A stretch of DNA of 64,000 nt from Bacteroidetes bacterium UBA7662 (GTDB lineage Bacteria > Bacteroidota > Bacteroidia > UBA7662): assembly GCA_002483345.1 (NCBI GenBank), contig DLHS01000016.1:21956-85955 (forward strand). The letters are read 5' to 3'. The notes beneath the pieces were generated by a model, which made no database searches, was not told where the DNA came from, and worked only from the letters and a program-made list of their open reading frames with translations. The translations under genes were made by a program, and so were the position numbers. Shown here piece after piece: positions 9,533 to 19,198 of this stretch. The first letter of the stretch is position 1; each line of letters starts with the position of its first letter.

Positions 9533-9925
9533 ATGCAAATTTTACAAGGAGACCTTTTCAAATTCATTAAGTTCGGAGTAGTTGGCTTTTCAGGTCTTCT
9601 GATTGACTTTGCCTTGACCTGGGTACTTAAAGAAAAGGCTCGGATTTCTCCTTATGCTGCCAATGCCGCAGGTTTTTTGGTCGCAGCGAGTTCTAACTGG
9701 TATCTCAACCGTATCTGGTCGTTTGAAAGTCAGAACAGCGAGTTGGTTGAGGAGTATTTTGCCTTTTTAGTTGTCTCTCTGCTTGGTTTGGTCATCAATA
9801 CAGCCGCTTTATTTGTAGGAATAAAAAAATTCAGACTCAATTTCTACCTGGCCAAAGCCATCGCCATCGCCATTACCACCTTCTGGAATTTTTTCGCCAA
9901 TTACTACTATACCTTTGCCGTATGA
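9533..9925 (+). CDS. GtrA family flippase
   Basis: FIKFGVVG..GLLIDF, NWYLNRIWSF, AKAIAI...WNF; four TM segments; start at ATG 9533 inferred. Confidence 0.88.
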   Translation: MQILQGDLFKFIKFGVVGFSGLLIDFALTWVLKEKARISPYAANAAGFLVAASSNWYLNRIWSFESQNSELVEEYFAFLVVSLLGLVINTAALFVGIKKFRLNFYLAKAIAIAITTFWNFFANYYYTFAV

Positions 9926-11343
9926 AGCGGCCGGGTATATATCAACTGATTCTTGCGACTACCCTTGCCGGATTTTTATTACCTAATTTATTTACTACCG
10001 GCATTTTCGGAGATGGATTAATTTATGCCGTCATTTCAAGAAATCTCTCGGAGGGACTAGGCAGTTGGTGGAATCTCTATTACAGTACCTATATTTTCTC
10101 GCCCTTTGCAGAACATCCTCCGCTCCTTTTCTGGGTTGAGTCGATATGGTTCAGGATACTGGGAGATTACCACTTTACCGAGAAAAGCTTCTCTGTATTA
10201 CTTGCAGCAGGCATGATTATCAGTCTTCGTTTTTTCTGGATAAGGATAGCCAGAAATCAGACAGAAAAACAAGCCTGGTGGTTTCCGGTACTGCTATGGA
10301 TTCTGGTCCCGACCATTCATTGGGCGTATCCCAACAATATGCTTGAAAACCTGATGGTTCTTTTTACCAGTTGGGCAGTATGGTCAGGATTTTATAAGCC
10401 TTCAGGCCAAAAGGCGCTCCTGGTAGGTGTGCTTGTTTTTTTAGCCTTTCTTACCAAGGGATTGGTCGGACTATTCCCGTTAGCCGTTTTCGGCATCCGT
10501 TGGTTAAGCCTCCGGGAGGATACCCTTCGTAAAGCACTTTCATGGACCTCTTTGGCGCTGTTTGGCTTTGTATTGTGTATGGCCATCAGTTTAATACCTG
10601 AATCGGCCCGGAATTATTGGATGCAGTATTTTGATGTACAGTTGCTGGCCACCCTGAGGGGCGAACGGCTGGTACAGGATCATGTGGTTGATCTTCCCCG
10701 TTACTATCTGCTCACAAGGCTCTTTACAGAGTTGATTAATCCGCTGCTTTTAACGGGGCTCCTGCTGCTGGGTACCCGCAGGTTCCGGAAAAAAGGAGCT
10801 GTACCTGCGTTAGCGCACGGCTACATCCTGTTCTTTGCACTGGTAGCATGCAGCGCTACTTTACCCTTGCTGATTTCTCCCAAGCAACACTCCTTTTACC
10901 TGATACCTGCCATTCCCTGGTTTATACTGGCTTTGTCGAAAGGTGCCGGGCCTTTTGTTTTTGATATCCTGGCACAATGGCAAAGCCGGCAACTGAGTTA
11001 TAAAATAAGTTACCTTTTTTTCAGTGGTCTTTTTGTGGCCGCCCTGGTCATATGTGGATGGCGGGCGAACCAACCTGGCCGGGATGCAGATTTGATGTCG
11101 GCAGTAGATGTCATAGCACATACAACAGGCTCACACCAGATAGGAATACCCCATTCCCTGATCAGGCACCATAGTTTACATGCCTATTTTCAGCGAAATC
11201 ATCACATCAGTCTCTCCCCCTATGACAGCACAGCAGGTTATTGGATAACTGAAAAGGATAGTATTCCTCCTCCCGGATATAAAACTATGGATATCGGCAT
11301 CTCCGGTTACGACTTGCACCAGCTTAGCGGGCAGCATCGTTAA
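9922..11343 (+). CDS. ArnT/GT39-like (GT-C fold) membrane glycosyltransferase
   Basis: DGLIYA, EHPPL, NNMLE, AFLTKGLVGLFP motifs; multi-TM. Confidence 0.8.
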   Translation: MKRPGIYQLILATTLAGFLLPNLFTTGIFGDGLIYAVISRNLSEGLGSWWNLYYSTYIFSPFAEHPPLLFWVESIWFRILGDYHFTEKSFSVLLAAGMIISLRFFWIRIARNQTEKQAWWFPVLLWILVPTIHWAYPNNMLENLMVLFTSWAVWSGFYKPSGQKALLVGVLVFLAFLTKGLVGLFPLAVFGIRWLSLREDTLRKALSWTSLALFGFVLCMAISLIPESARNYWMQYFDVQLLATLRGERLVQDHVVDLPRYYLLTRLFTELINPLLLTGLLLLGTRRFRKKGAVPALAHGYILFFALVACSATLPLLISPKQHSFYLIPAIPWFILALSKGAGPFVFDILAQWQSRQLSYKISYLFFSGLFVAALVICGWRANQPGRDADLMSAVDVIAHTTGSHQIGIPHSLIRHHSLHAYFQRNHHISLSPYDSTAGYWITEKDSIPPPGYKTMDIGISGYDLHQLSGQHR

Positions 11344-11370
11344 AAACACCTGCGGGGTGCAAAGTTTTTG

Positions 11371-12453
11371 CTATGCTTCCTGATCGTTAACAGGATGATA
11401 GACATGTCTGGACTTTTGCCATTTTTTGATCAGAAACGGAATCTGACTCAGGACTAATGCAGAAAGAAGACTAATGCCCAATATTTGAATGGGCCGTAAA
11501 TCACGAAGCAGCCAGGCTAGTAAGATGAAACCTGCGTTGGCGGCATATAAGGTGAAGGCTGCCTGGCTATGCGACATGCCCAGATCAAGCAGGCAATGGT
11601 GGATATGGTTGCGGTCGGCAGAAAATGGCGATCGTTTGTGCATAATCCTGACAGTGAATACCCTCAAGGTATCGAAAAGAGGAATAATCAACACATTAAA
11701 GGCATATACTGCGCCCGCGATACTGAAAAAGTAATTCGGTTCAAAGGTTCTGCTCAGTTGTATAAATCGTACACTGATGATGGCAATTAAATACCCCAAA
11801 ACCAGCGAACCCGAATCACCCATAAATATGCTGGCATTCCTGAAATTAAACCGTAAAAATGCCAGCAGGGAGCCGATCATGGTCAGACACAAAATGAAAA
11901 AAACCTGATCATTCATGCGGTAAAACCAATACCCGAAAGTTGACAATACAATCACCCCGATGCCTCCTGCCAGTCCGTTGATGCCATCAATGAGGTTAAA
12001 GCCATTCATGATGGTAAGAATACTCAGGGTTGAAAAAACGATTGACTCCACATAATTCAAATCATGAATGCCGAGTAGTCCATAAAGATTATCAATCCTG
12101 ATTTCACCTTGTATGACTACAATCAGGGTAGCAATAATCTGGGCAAGAAGCTTCTTCCAGGCTACCAGCGGGAATAAATCATCTTTGATTCCTATGACAA
12201 ACAGTATCATCAGGGCCGACAATATTGCACCAAACTTAGGGACAGTCATTCCTGACGTCCAGAAAACAAATGAGAAGAAAAACCCGACAAAAAGCGCTAA
12301 ACCACCCAGCGTAGGAATCCGGGTCAGGTGGGCCTTCCTGTGATTTGGCTCGTCGTATAATTTTTTGATTCTCGCCAGATTAATAATCGCAGGAACACTG
12401 AGATAGGTGATCAGCCAAGCCGTAAAAAAAGACAGGATATAAATCAGGGTCAT
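11371..12453 (-). CDS. wecA: Undecaprenyl-phosphate GlcNAc-1-P transferase (WecA/MraY-like)
   Basis: PTLGG, GIKDD, NGFNLIDGINGLA, FMGDSGS, DRNHIHH. Confidence 0.88.
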   Translation of the reverse strand: MTLIYILSFFTAWLITYLSVPAIINLARIKKLYDEPNHRKAHLTRIPTLGGLALFVGFFFSFVFWTSGMTVPKFGAILSALMILFVIGIKDDLFPLVAWKKLLAQIIATLIVVIQGEIRIDNLYGLLGIHDLNYVESIVFSTLSILTIMNGFNLIDGINGLAGGIGVIVLSTFGYWFYRMNDQVFFILCLTMIGSLLAFLRFNFRNASIFMGDSGSLVLGYLIAIISVRFIQLSRTFEPNYFFSIAGAVYAFNVLIIPLFDTLRVFTVRIMHKRSPFSADRNHIHHCLLDLGMSHSQAAFTLYAANAGFILLAWLLRDLRPIQILGISLLSALVLSQIPFLIKKWQKSRHVYHPVNDQEA

Positions 12454-12531
12454 AGCTTAAATGTACAAAGAATGATCGAAAGGGATTTTACAGTTACGCC
12501 GTCTGCCCAACGGTATGGGATAAATAATCAT

Positions 12532-12565
12532 AAAAAAACCCGTGCGGGACATGCCTGCACGGGTA
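12532..12565 (-). terminator. Intrinsic terminator ending the large minus-strand operon
   Basis: Minus strand ACCCGTGCAGGCATGTCCCGCACGGG followed by a T7 tract, about 20 bp after the pglF stop. Confidence 0.8.
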
Positions 12566-12583
12566 TACGCTGATACTTAAAAA

Positions 12584-14545
12584 CTAGTCTCCGAGGTTTT
12601 TATTTCCGTTTTCAGGAGCATCGTTGGCAAATCTCTTTTTATCAATTTCTTCAAAAACAGAGTTATTACTGACGAATTCGGGGACGATTTCTTTGATTTT
12701 GGCAACGATGCGGTGCTCCTCTCCTGTATTCAGAATCTGGCGTAAGACAACCAGTTGCTGAGCCACCTGATCATAATCATAGGCACGTACCTTGCCGATC
12801 ATGATTTTCGGGTGGTGGGTTGGTACCGTATTCTCCTGGACATTCAGCAGCTCTTCATAAAGCTTTTCTCCCGGACGTAGCCCGGTGAAAGTAATCTGAA
12901 TGTCTTTGCCGATGGTTAATCCCGACAGTTTCACCATCTTTTTGGCCACGTCCAGTATTTTGACGGATTCTCCCATGTCGAAGATGAAAATTTCACCTCC
13001 GTTACCCATAACGCCGGCCTCCAGCACGAGCTGGCAGGCTTCGGGTATGGTCATAAAGTACCGGGTGATATCCGGATGGGTTACCGTGATAGGTCCTCCG
13101 GCTTCAATCTGACGTTTAAAAAGTGGTATCACCGAGCCATTAGAACCCAGTACATTGCCAAAGCGGGTGGTCACAAATTTAGTATTGCCTGCATAGGCGT
13201 TGTTGAGGCTTTGCGTATAAATCTCTGCCACCCTTTTGGTAGAACCCATCACATTGGTAGGATTCACAGCCTTATCTGTAGAGACCATCACAAATTTACT
13301 CACCCCAAATTCTACCGAAAGGTCGGCCAGCAACTGCGTACCGAAAACATTTACCAAAACAGCTTCATAGCAGTTGTCTTCCATCAGGGGGACGTGCTTA
13401 TAAGCAGCCGCATGAAAAACATAGTTAGGATGGTACTTTTTGAAGAGGCTTCGCATCCGTTTATCGTTTCGGACATCTGCGATCACAAACCTCACATTGT
13501 GCAGCAGGTGGGCATGCAGTTTGCGTAATTCTATTTCCAGTTCGTAAAGGGGTGATTCAGCCTGGTCAATGAGGATAAGTTGGGCCGGCTTGTAATGAAG
13601 GAGTTGCCGGGCAATCTCTGAACCTATAGAACCTGCCGCACCTGTCACGAAAACAACTTTCTCTTCAATTTCATTGGAGACGTTTTCATTGTCAAGCACT
13701 ATCTCTTCCCGCTGCAGCAGGTCTTCAATTTTGACTGCTTTGATTTGTTTGCTGCTCAATTCTCCGTTGATCCAGTTCTGAACGGGAGGTACATTTTTAA
13801 CCTTGATGTTGTGAATCAGGCATTGATCAATAATCTGCCGTTTCCGGATATTGGAGATATTCTGAATAGAGAGAATTACTTCTTTTACATCCTTCTTCTC
13901 CACAAAATCAGACTCGAGTATACTGGCCGGATAAACACGGACCCCGTGTACTGATTTGAATACCTTGCTTGGATTATCATCGATGAAGGCTACTACATTG
14001 TAGTGCAGGCTATCGTCCTGCAGCAGGGTATTCCGGGTGATGGTGCCTGACTTACCGGCACCGTAGATGATTACATTGACTTTATTTTTGCCCCCCTCAA
14101 ATACCGCCATAAAAACGGCCTTGAAGAGAAATCTGCTGGTTACCAGCAAAAAAACTGCAAAGACGTACTGAATAAAAACTATGGCAAGTCCTACCGAGAG
14201 GGGGCCATAATTATTCGGAGAGAAGCGGTAAGTAAGCAGGTTGAGTAATATAAGGACCCCGGTTGCCAGCGTGGTGGCATAAAACAAACGAACCGCATCT
14301 TCTACCCCCGTATGTCGGATAATACCGCTGAAGGATTTAAACGTAATAAAACCTGCCAGGTATGAAACTGACACTATAGCCAACTGCCTCAGCGCAAGTT
14401 CAAAGTTGATGGCTGTAAGATCAAAATTGAACCGCACCAGATTTGAAATGGCAAAGGCAAATGCCACAATCGCCATGTCAATCAACAATACCATCCACCT
14501 CGAAACGAAGCGGTTGGAGTATATGCGGAGGTACTTTTGAAACAT
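12584..14545 (-). CDS. pglF: Membrane-bound UDP-GlcNAc 4,6-dehydratase (PglF/CapD/WbpM)
   Basis: N-terminal TMs, YGAGKSG, VTGAAGSIGSE, HAAAYKHVP, STDKAVNPTNVMG, RFGNVLGS, RPGEKLYEEL. Confidence 0.93.
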   Translation of the reverse strand: MFQKYLRIYSNRFVSRWMVLLIDMAIVAFAFAISNLVRFNFDLTAINFELALRQLAIVSVSYLAGFITFKSFSGIIRHTGVEDAVRLFYATTLATGVLILLNLLTYRFSPNNYGPLSVGLAIVFIQYVFAVFLLVTSRFLFKAVFMAVFEGGKNKVNVIIYGAGKSGTITRNTLLQDDSLHYNVVAFIDDNPSKVFKSVHGVRVYPASILESDFVEKKDVKEVILSIQNISNIRKRQIIDQCLIHNIKVKNVPPVQNWINGELSSKQIKAVKIEDLLQREEIVLDNENVSNEIEEKVVFVTGAAGSIGSEIARQLLHYKPAQLILIDQAESPLYELEIELRKLHAHLLHNVRFVIADVRNDKRMRSLFKKYHPNYVFHAAAYKHVPLMEDNCYEAVLVNVFGTQLLADLSVEFGVSKFVMVSTDKAVNPTNVMGSTKRVAEIYTQSLNNAYAGNTKFVTTRFGNVLGSNGSVIPLFKRQIEAGGPITVTHPDITRYFMTIPEACQLVLEAGVMGNGGEIFIFDMGESVKILDVAKKMVKLSGLTIGKDIQITFTGLRPGEKLYEELLNVQENTVPTHHPKIMIGKVRAYDYDQVAQQLVVLRQILNTGEEHRIVAKIKEIVPEFVSNNSVFEEIDKKRFANDAPENGNKNLGD

Positions 14546-14709
14546 TGCTTTACAAAGGTAAACTTCAAACCGACTTATACAGCATAAAAGTAAGAAGCGG
14601 CCGAGGCAGGAAAACTAACCAAATTGATATTAAGTCATGATTAATTTATACCAAGAACGTGAATATATCGCCGTCTGGACATACCCTTAACAGGGCATTT
14701 TTGGTCTGA

Positions 14710-15849
14710 TCAACCAGGGAAACAAGCCTTAACTGCCTTCACAACCCGGTCAAGGTCGTGGGTAGTCAGGTTAGATCCTGATGGCAGACACAAGCCCTTC
14801 TCAAAGAGTTTTGCTGATACTTCGCCACCATAATAAGGAGCAGTTTCGAAAACCGGTTGCATATGCATGGGCTTCCAAAGCGGTCTCGATTCAATGTTTT
14901 CTTTTTCAAGCGCCAACCGGATATTTTCACGGCTTATGCCTCCGGTAACAGCCGGGTCGACCAGAATAGTTGTAAGCCAGCGGTTTGTGAAACTCCCGGC
15001 TGGTTCAGTCACAAAAGAAATTCCTTCGATATCCCGGAAGGCATTTACATAATAGGCATAATTAGCACGACGCTGTTGAACCCTATCGCTGAGAACAAGC
15101 ATCTGCCCGCGACCAATACCTGCGCAAACATTACTCATACGATAGTTATACCCAATCTCACTGTGCTGATAATGGGGTGCAGCATCTCTTGCCTGTGTAG
15201 CCAGGAAACGAGCCTTTTCCACCAGTTTCGCATCGGCAGATATCAAGGCGCCACCACCGGAGGTAGTGATAATTTTGTTTCCATTAAAACTGAGCACACC
15301 CATTTTTCCGAATGTCCCGCAGGCCTGATGCTGGTAGGTGGACCCCAGTGCTTCTGCCGCATCTTCTACGATATCAATGCCGAATTCATTGGCAATCGCC
15401 GTGATTTCATCCATTTTTGCAGGCATCCCATAGAGGTGAACAGGGATAATAGCCTTTGGCTTTTTGCCTTTGGCGATGCGATCTAAAATAGCTTCCCTCA
15501 AAACCTTTGGATCCATATTCCAGGTATCTGGTTCTGAATCGATAAAAACCGGCAAAGCTCCGAGATAAGCAATCGGATTTGCAGAGGCTGAAAATGTAAA
15601 ACTCTGGCAAATTACTTCATCACCAGCCTTTACTCCCAGCAGAATTAATGCAAGGTGGATGGCCGAAGTCCCGCTTGAAAGCGCAGCAGCACTGGGTGAT
15701 TTTGTAAAATCACACAAATCCTGCTCAAATCCGTTTACATGCGGACCCAACGGCGCTATCCAGTTGGTATCAAAGGCATCTTTGACAAATTTAAACTCCT
15801 CCAGTCCCATATGGGGTGATGAAAGCCAGATTTTTGGTGATTCAGACAT
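14710..15849 (-). CDS. pglE: PLP-dependent sugar aminotransferase (PglE/EpsN-like)
   Basis: IWLSSPHM, NWIAPLGP, EDAAEALG, SFNGNKIITTSGGG, RPLWKPMH; start ATG 15849. Confidence 0.88.
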   Translation of the reverse strand: MSESPKIWLSSPHMGLEEFKFVKDAFDTNWIAPLGPHVNGFEQDLCDFTKSPSAAALSSGTSAIHLALILLGVKAGDEVICQSFTFSASANPIAYLGALPVFIDSEPDTWNMDPKVLREAILDRIAKGKKPKAIIPVHLYGMPAKMDEITAIANEFGIDIVEDAAEALGSTYQHQACGTFGKMGVLSFNGNKIITTSGGGALISADAKLVEKARFLATQARDAAPHYQHSEIGYNYRMSNVCAGIGRGQMLVLSDRVQQRRANYAYYVNAFRDIEGISFVTEPAGSFTNRWLTTILVDPAVTGGISRENIRLALEKENIESRPLWKPMHMQPVFETAPYYGGEVSAKLFEKGLCLPSGSNLTTHDLDRVVKAVKACFPG

Positions 15850-16222
15850 ACTTATATTGAAATTTAAAAGCAAGAAAAACAACCACGGCGAAAATGGGTG
15901 TGGTGATTAACCGGTGTAAGGTGGCGCAAAAATTTTGTAGTGATTCAAATTCTAAACTAAAGATATAGAGTATGAAGAGTAATAAATAGAAAACAATGCT
16001 GATAAGTGTCAACAACCATGTCATTTTATGACCCAACATGAGAACGGCATATATAAGATAACTTCCCCATGCAATCAGAAGTACCCTGGCGAAAAGCACA
16101 CTATGTGGGTAAGTGCGAAAGAGAAAACTCCAATCCGGAATCAGGGAGAGTGCCTGCACTCCATAACTCATGATAAACAAGAATATGGCTAAACAAACTT
16201 TAAACAGCCTGCTCCTTAACAT
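15842..16222 (-). CDS. Small membrane protein, exosortase-associated partner
   Basis: 126 aa, 3-4 TM segments, overlaps exosortase gene; C-terminal RLITTPIF resembles XrtF/XrtX-associated proteins. Confidence 0.6.
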   Translation of the reverse strand: MLRSRLFKVCLAIFLFIMSYGVQALSLIPDWSFLFRTYPHSVLFARVLLIAWGSYLIYAVLMLGHKMTWLLTLISIVFYLLLFILYIFSLEFESLQNFCATLHRLITTPIFAVVVFLAFKFQYKYV

Positions 16223-16745
16223 GAGATCCGGGATTCGCTGTCGACTTCAACCAAAACAACCAGATGAGGAAAACACATGTATACATGATGGCGGTAAAGG
16301 CATACTTGTGATAATAATAAAAGAGGGTAGCGTTTTCTAAAGCAATGTTTAGCAGCAATACCAGTCTGATAAGGTTAAGCAAATGAATACTTAACAAGCC
16401 TATCAGGATATACCCGAATGTCCGTTTTGTCCATTTCCAGAATGCGACAAAAAAAGACAAAAACAAACCGGCTACGATAAAACCATTACACCCCTCAAAA
16501 ACTGAAACGGCGGGAACACCTGCAAGCCGGATTGTAAGGGCATCACGCTCTACAACCAAATCAACCGCCCGTGAATCAAATACCTGCTGTATTTCCGCGA
16601 CTTGCAAAGCAACGGAATAGGTAATAGGGTCAGGAACGCCTTCGTATGCAGATAAATAAATACTGTACCCTAACGAAAAAACCAGATAAAACAGGCCAAA
16701 TCTGACGACAAACCAAAGAGCCGGATATTTATCAGGATTCATCAT
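16200..16745 (-). CDS. xrtF: Exosortase family protein (XrtF-like)
   Basis: PDPIT, EGCNG (catalytic Cys), NLIRL (Arg), HKY (His); short ~180 aa multi-TM form. Confidence 0.85.
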   Translation of the reverse strand: MMNPDKYPALWFVVRFGLFYLVFSLGYSIYLSAYEGVPDPITYSVALQVAEIQQVFDSRAVDLVVERDALTIRLAGVPAVSVFEGCNGFIVAGLFLSFFVAFWKWTKRTFGYILIGLLSIHLLNLIRLVLLLNIALENATLFYYYHKYAFTAIMYTCVFLIWLFWLKSTANPGSHVKEQAV

Positions 16746-17373
16746 GAAACTTTATAGGCTTGGCTGGTATGCCGACTGCAGTACAATAGGGAGGCAAACT
16801 TTTCGACACTACCGCACCTGAACCGACGATTGTATCTTCTCCTATTTCAAGCTGATTGATAATTTTTGCACCCGTTCCAACATATACGCCAGCCTTAATA
16901 ACCACCTCGCCCGATATATTTACCCCTGGCATAAAGGAGCTGTAGTCACCAATTATAGTGTCATGCCCTACTGTGCAGGCCAAATTGAGCAGCGTATGTT
17001 TTCCAAGAGAAATATCGACCGTTATCAGACAACCTGCACATATAATACTTCCATCTCCGATGCTCACCCGGTCTCCAATCAACACATTGGGGTGTATAAG
17101 CGTAGCGAATTTTGCTTTCGGGCCAAGGCGCTGAGCCACATTTCGTTTCGACTTGGGATTCCCCAATGCTAACACAAAATACGCTTCTGAATAATCCTTG
17201 GCCGAATCTATGCCTCCAATAACCTTTGTACTTCCAATGGCGGTTCCGGCTTCAAGGGATTCGTCCAGGAAACCCAATAAATCCCAGGTGAGTTGACGCG
17301 TGTTTATCTGGCTTATAAGCATCTCCACTTCTCTTCCAAACCCTCCTGCACCAATAATAATAACCTGCTTCAT
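16732..17373 (-). CDS. pglD: Sugar N-acetyltransferase (PglD/NeuD family)
   Basis: IIGAGGFGRE, TLIHP, VGHD, hexapeptide repeats, GIPAK. Confidence 0.85.
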   Translation of the reverse strand: MKQVIIIGAGGFGREVEMLISQINTRQLTWDLLGFLDESLEAGTAIGSTKVIGGIDSAKDYSEAYFVLALGNPKSKRNVAQRLGPKAKFATLIHPNVLIGDRVSIGDGSIICAGCLITVDISLGKHTLLNLACTVGHDTIIGDYSSFMPGVNISGEVVIKAGVYVGTGAKIINQLEIGEDTIVGSGAVVSKSLPPYCTAVGIPAKPIKFHDES

Positions 17374-17984
17374 GTTTTTGATTTATTGCCTGTAAAATAC
17401 GTTGCAGTCGCAGCCCCCTGGGCATTAATTCCTTCCCGTATCAGCACTTTTTTAAAGGTCAGAAAAACTATTTTCAAGTCCAGCATAAAAGAGAAGTTAT
17501 CGACATACCAAACATCCAAAGCAAACTTTTCCTCCCAGGAAAGTGCATTCCGCCCGTTAATTTGTGCCCATCCGGTAATCCCAGGTCTTACATTATGTCT
17601 TTTTGATTGCTCCGGATTGTACAGGGGGAGATACTGAACAAGTAACGGTCTTGGTCCGATCAGACTCATTTCTCCCTTCAGCACATTAAAAAGTTGCGGG
17701 AGTTCATCCAGAGATGTTTTCCTGATAAAGCTACCCAGTCTGGTCATTCGTTTTTCATCAGGAAGCAGATTACCCTGCTCATCCCTGAGGTTGCTCATGG
17801 TTCTGAGTTTGACTAATCTGAATATCCGACTGTTTTTACCTGGTCTCAATTGCATGAAAAAGGGAGATTCTCCATCATAAAGGTAAATGAGCAATCCTAA
17901 AAACAGTATCACAGGTAATCCTAAAACAAGAACCAGGAAGGCCAGTGTGAAATCAATGAAACGTTTTCCAAATCTCTTGTACAT
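17370..17984 (-). CDS. pglC: Initiating phosphoglycosyl transferase (PglC/EpsL-like)
   Basis: KRFIDF, KLRTM, RKTSLDELPQLFNVLKGEMSLIGPRP, RPGITGWAQINGR. Confidence 0.9.
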   Translation of the reverse strand: MYKRFGKRFIDFTLAFLVLVLGLPVILFLGLLIYLYDGESPFFMQLRPGKNSRIFRLVKLRTMSNLRDEQGNLLPDEKRMTRLGSFIRKTSLDELPQLFNVLKGEMSLIGPRPLLVQYLPLYNPEQSKRHNVRPGITGWAQINGRNALSWEEKFALDVWYVDNFSFMLDLKIVFLTFKKVLIREGINAQGAATATYFTGNKSKT

Positions 17985-17986
17985 GG

Positions 17987-19198
17987 CTAAAAAAATTGTT
18001 CATAGTCTCTGGCCAATTTATCGAAGCAGCGCTGTTCTTTCAGATATGCTATGGCCCTGGTTCCCATTTTTTCCCTTTCTTCAAATGACATACGCTGATA
18101 TCGGAGGATTTCTTTTGCAAGCAACTCAACATTCCCAAATGGCACAAAGCTCCCGCAATCGGCTTCATTAATCATCGACTGAAACCCGGAATATGAGCAA
18201 ACTATTGGTTTGCCTGCATTCATATAATCAATCCACTTATTTCTCGACAACCCGAAACGGGCAATTTCTGAATCAATAGCATCAAAACAAAGATCCACGT
18301 GCCTCAGAAAATTATTTACTAACTTTTTAGGAATGGGTGCTATAAAATGTATGTTCCCGAAATCCCTGTATTTCTCCTTATAGGTATCCAACATTGACCC
18401 GCTACCCAAAATATACGCCTCTACCTTAGCGTCTGTACCCAGACCTGCAACTGCAGCGAGCAGTGTTTCAATTGGATTATTGGGATTAATGGTCCCTGCA
18501 TAAGCAACTTTAAACGTATCCTGTGTAAAGGTATTTGAGACATAAGCGTCATCCAAAGGAACTCCGTATCCCAGGGATTCCCGTTTAATACCTTGTGGAA
18601 TACATACACACTCCTTAAAATATGGCTCTACCTCCCTAACATGTTCTATCAGATTCGGCATCGTACCAACTACCAAATCTGCCTTCCTGTATCCGAATTT
18701 TTCAAGAGTACCTAAAATCCATATAAAGGGGTTTCTACGGCTGAATCCCCCTAATTGCATGGCAGACAACGGCCAGATGTCCCGAATCTCCAGAATAAAT
18801 CTTGCCTTGTACCTGCGTGATAAAAGATATCCGGAAATTATACTCAGAATTGATAAAGACGATGCTATGACAACATCAGGCTTTGGAATTCCTTGTTTGG
18901 AGGTATAAAGGACTGCCCACTCAAAGTGAATCCAGGATAAAATACGTTGAACTGAAGAGGATTTTCTGGTCTTTAAAACCTTCAGCCAGATAGTCCGCAC
19001 CCCGGCTATATTCTCTTCCATTCTACTTCCTTCAAATACAGGCAGTTTGTCTGTTAAATGGGAAGCATTAGAGGTAAATACCGTCACATCATGGCCATTT
19101 TTCACCCATTCTTCTGCCAAATAAAAATGCCTCGTCCCGAAAAAGTACTTTTCAGGTGAGGCATATTTACAAATTAACCAGACGTTTTTACTCATCAC
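17987..19198 (-). CDS. GT4 glycosyltransferase (WbuB-like)
   Basis: LEIRDIWP, YAGT, NKWIDYMNAGKP. Confidence 0.85.
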   Translation of the reverse strand: MMSKNVWLICKYASPEKYFFGTRHFYLAEEWVKNGHDVTVFTSNASHLTDKLPVFEGSRMEENIAGVRTIWLKVLKTRKSSSVQRILSWIHFEWAVLYTSKQGIPKPDVVIASSLSILSIISGYLLSRRYKARFILEIRDIWPLSAMQLGGFSRRNPFIWILGTLEKFGYRKADLVVGTMPNLIEHVREVEPYFKECVCIPQGIKRESLGYGVPLDDAYVSNTFTQDTFKVAYAGTINPNNPIETLLAAVAGLGTDAKVEAYILGSGSMLDTYKEKYRDFGNIHFIAPIPKKLVNNFLRHVDLCFDAIDSEIARFGLSRNKWIDYMNAGKPIVCSYSGFQSMINEADCGSFVPFGNVELLAKEILRYQRMSFEEREKMGTRAIAYLKEQRCFDKLARDYEQFF

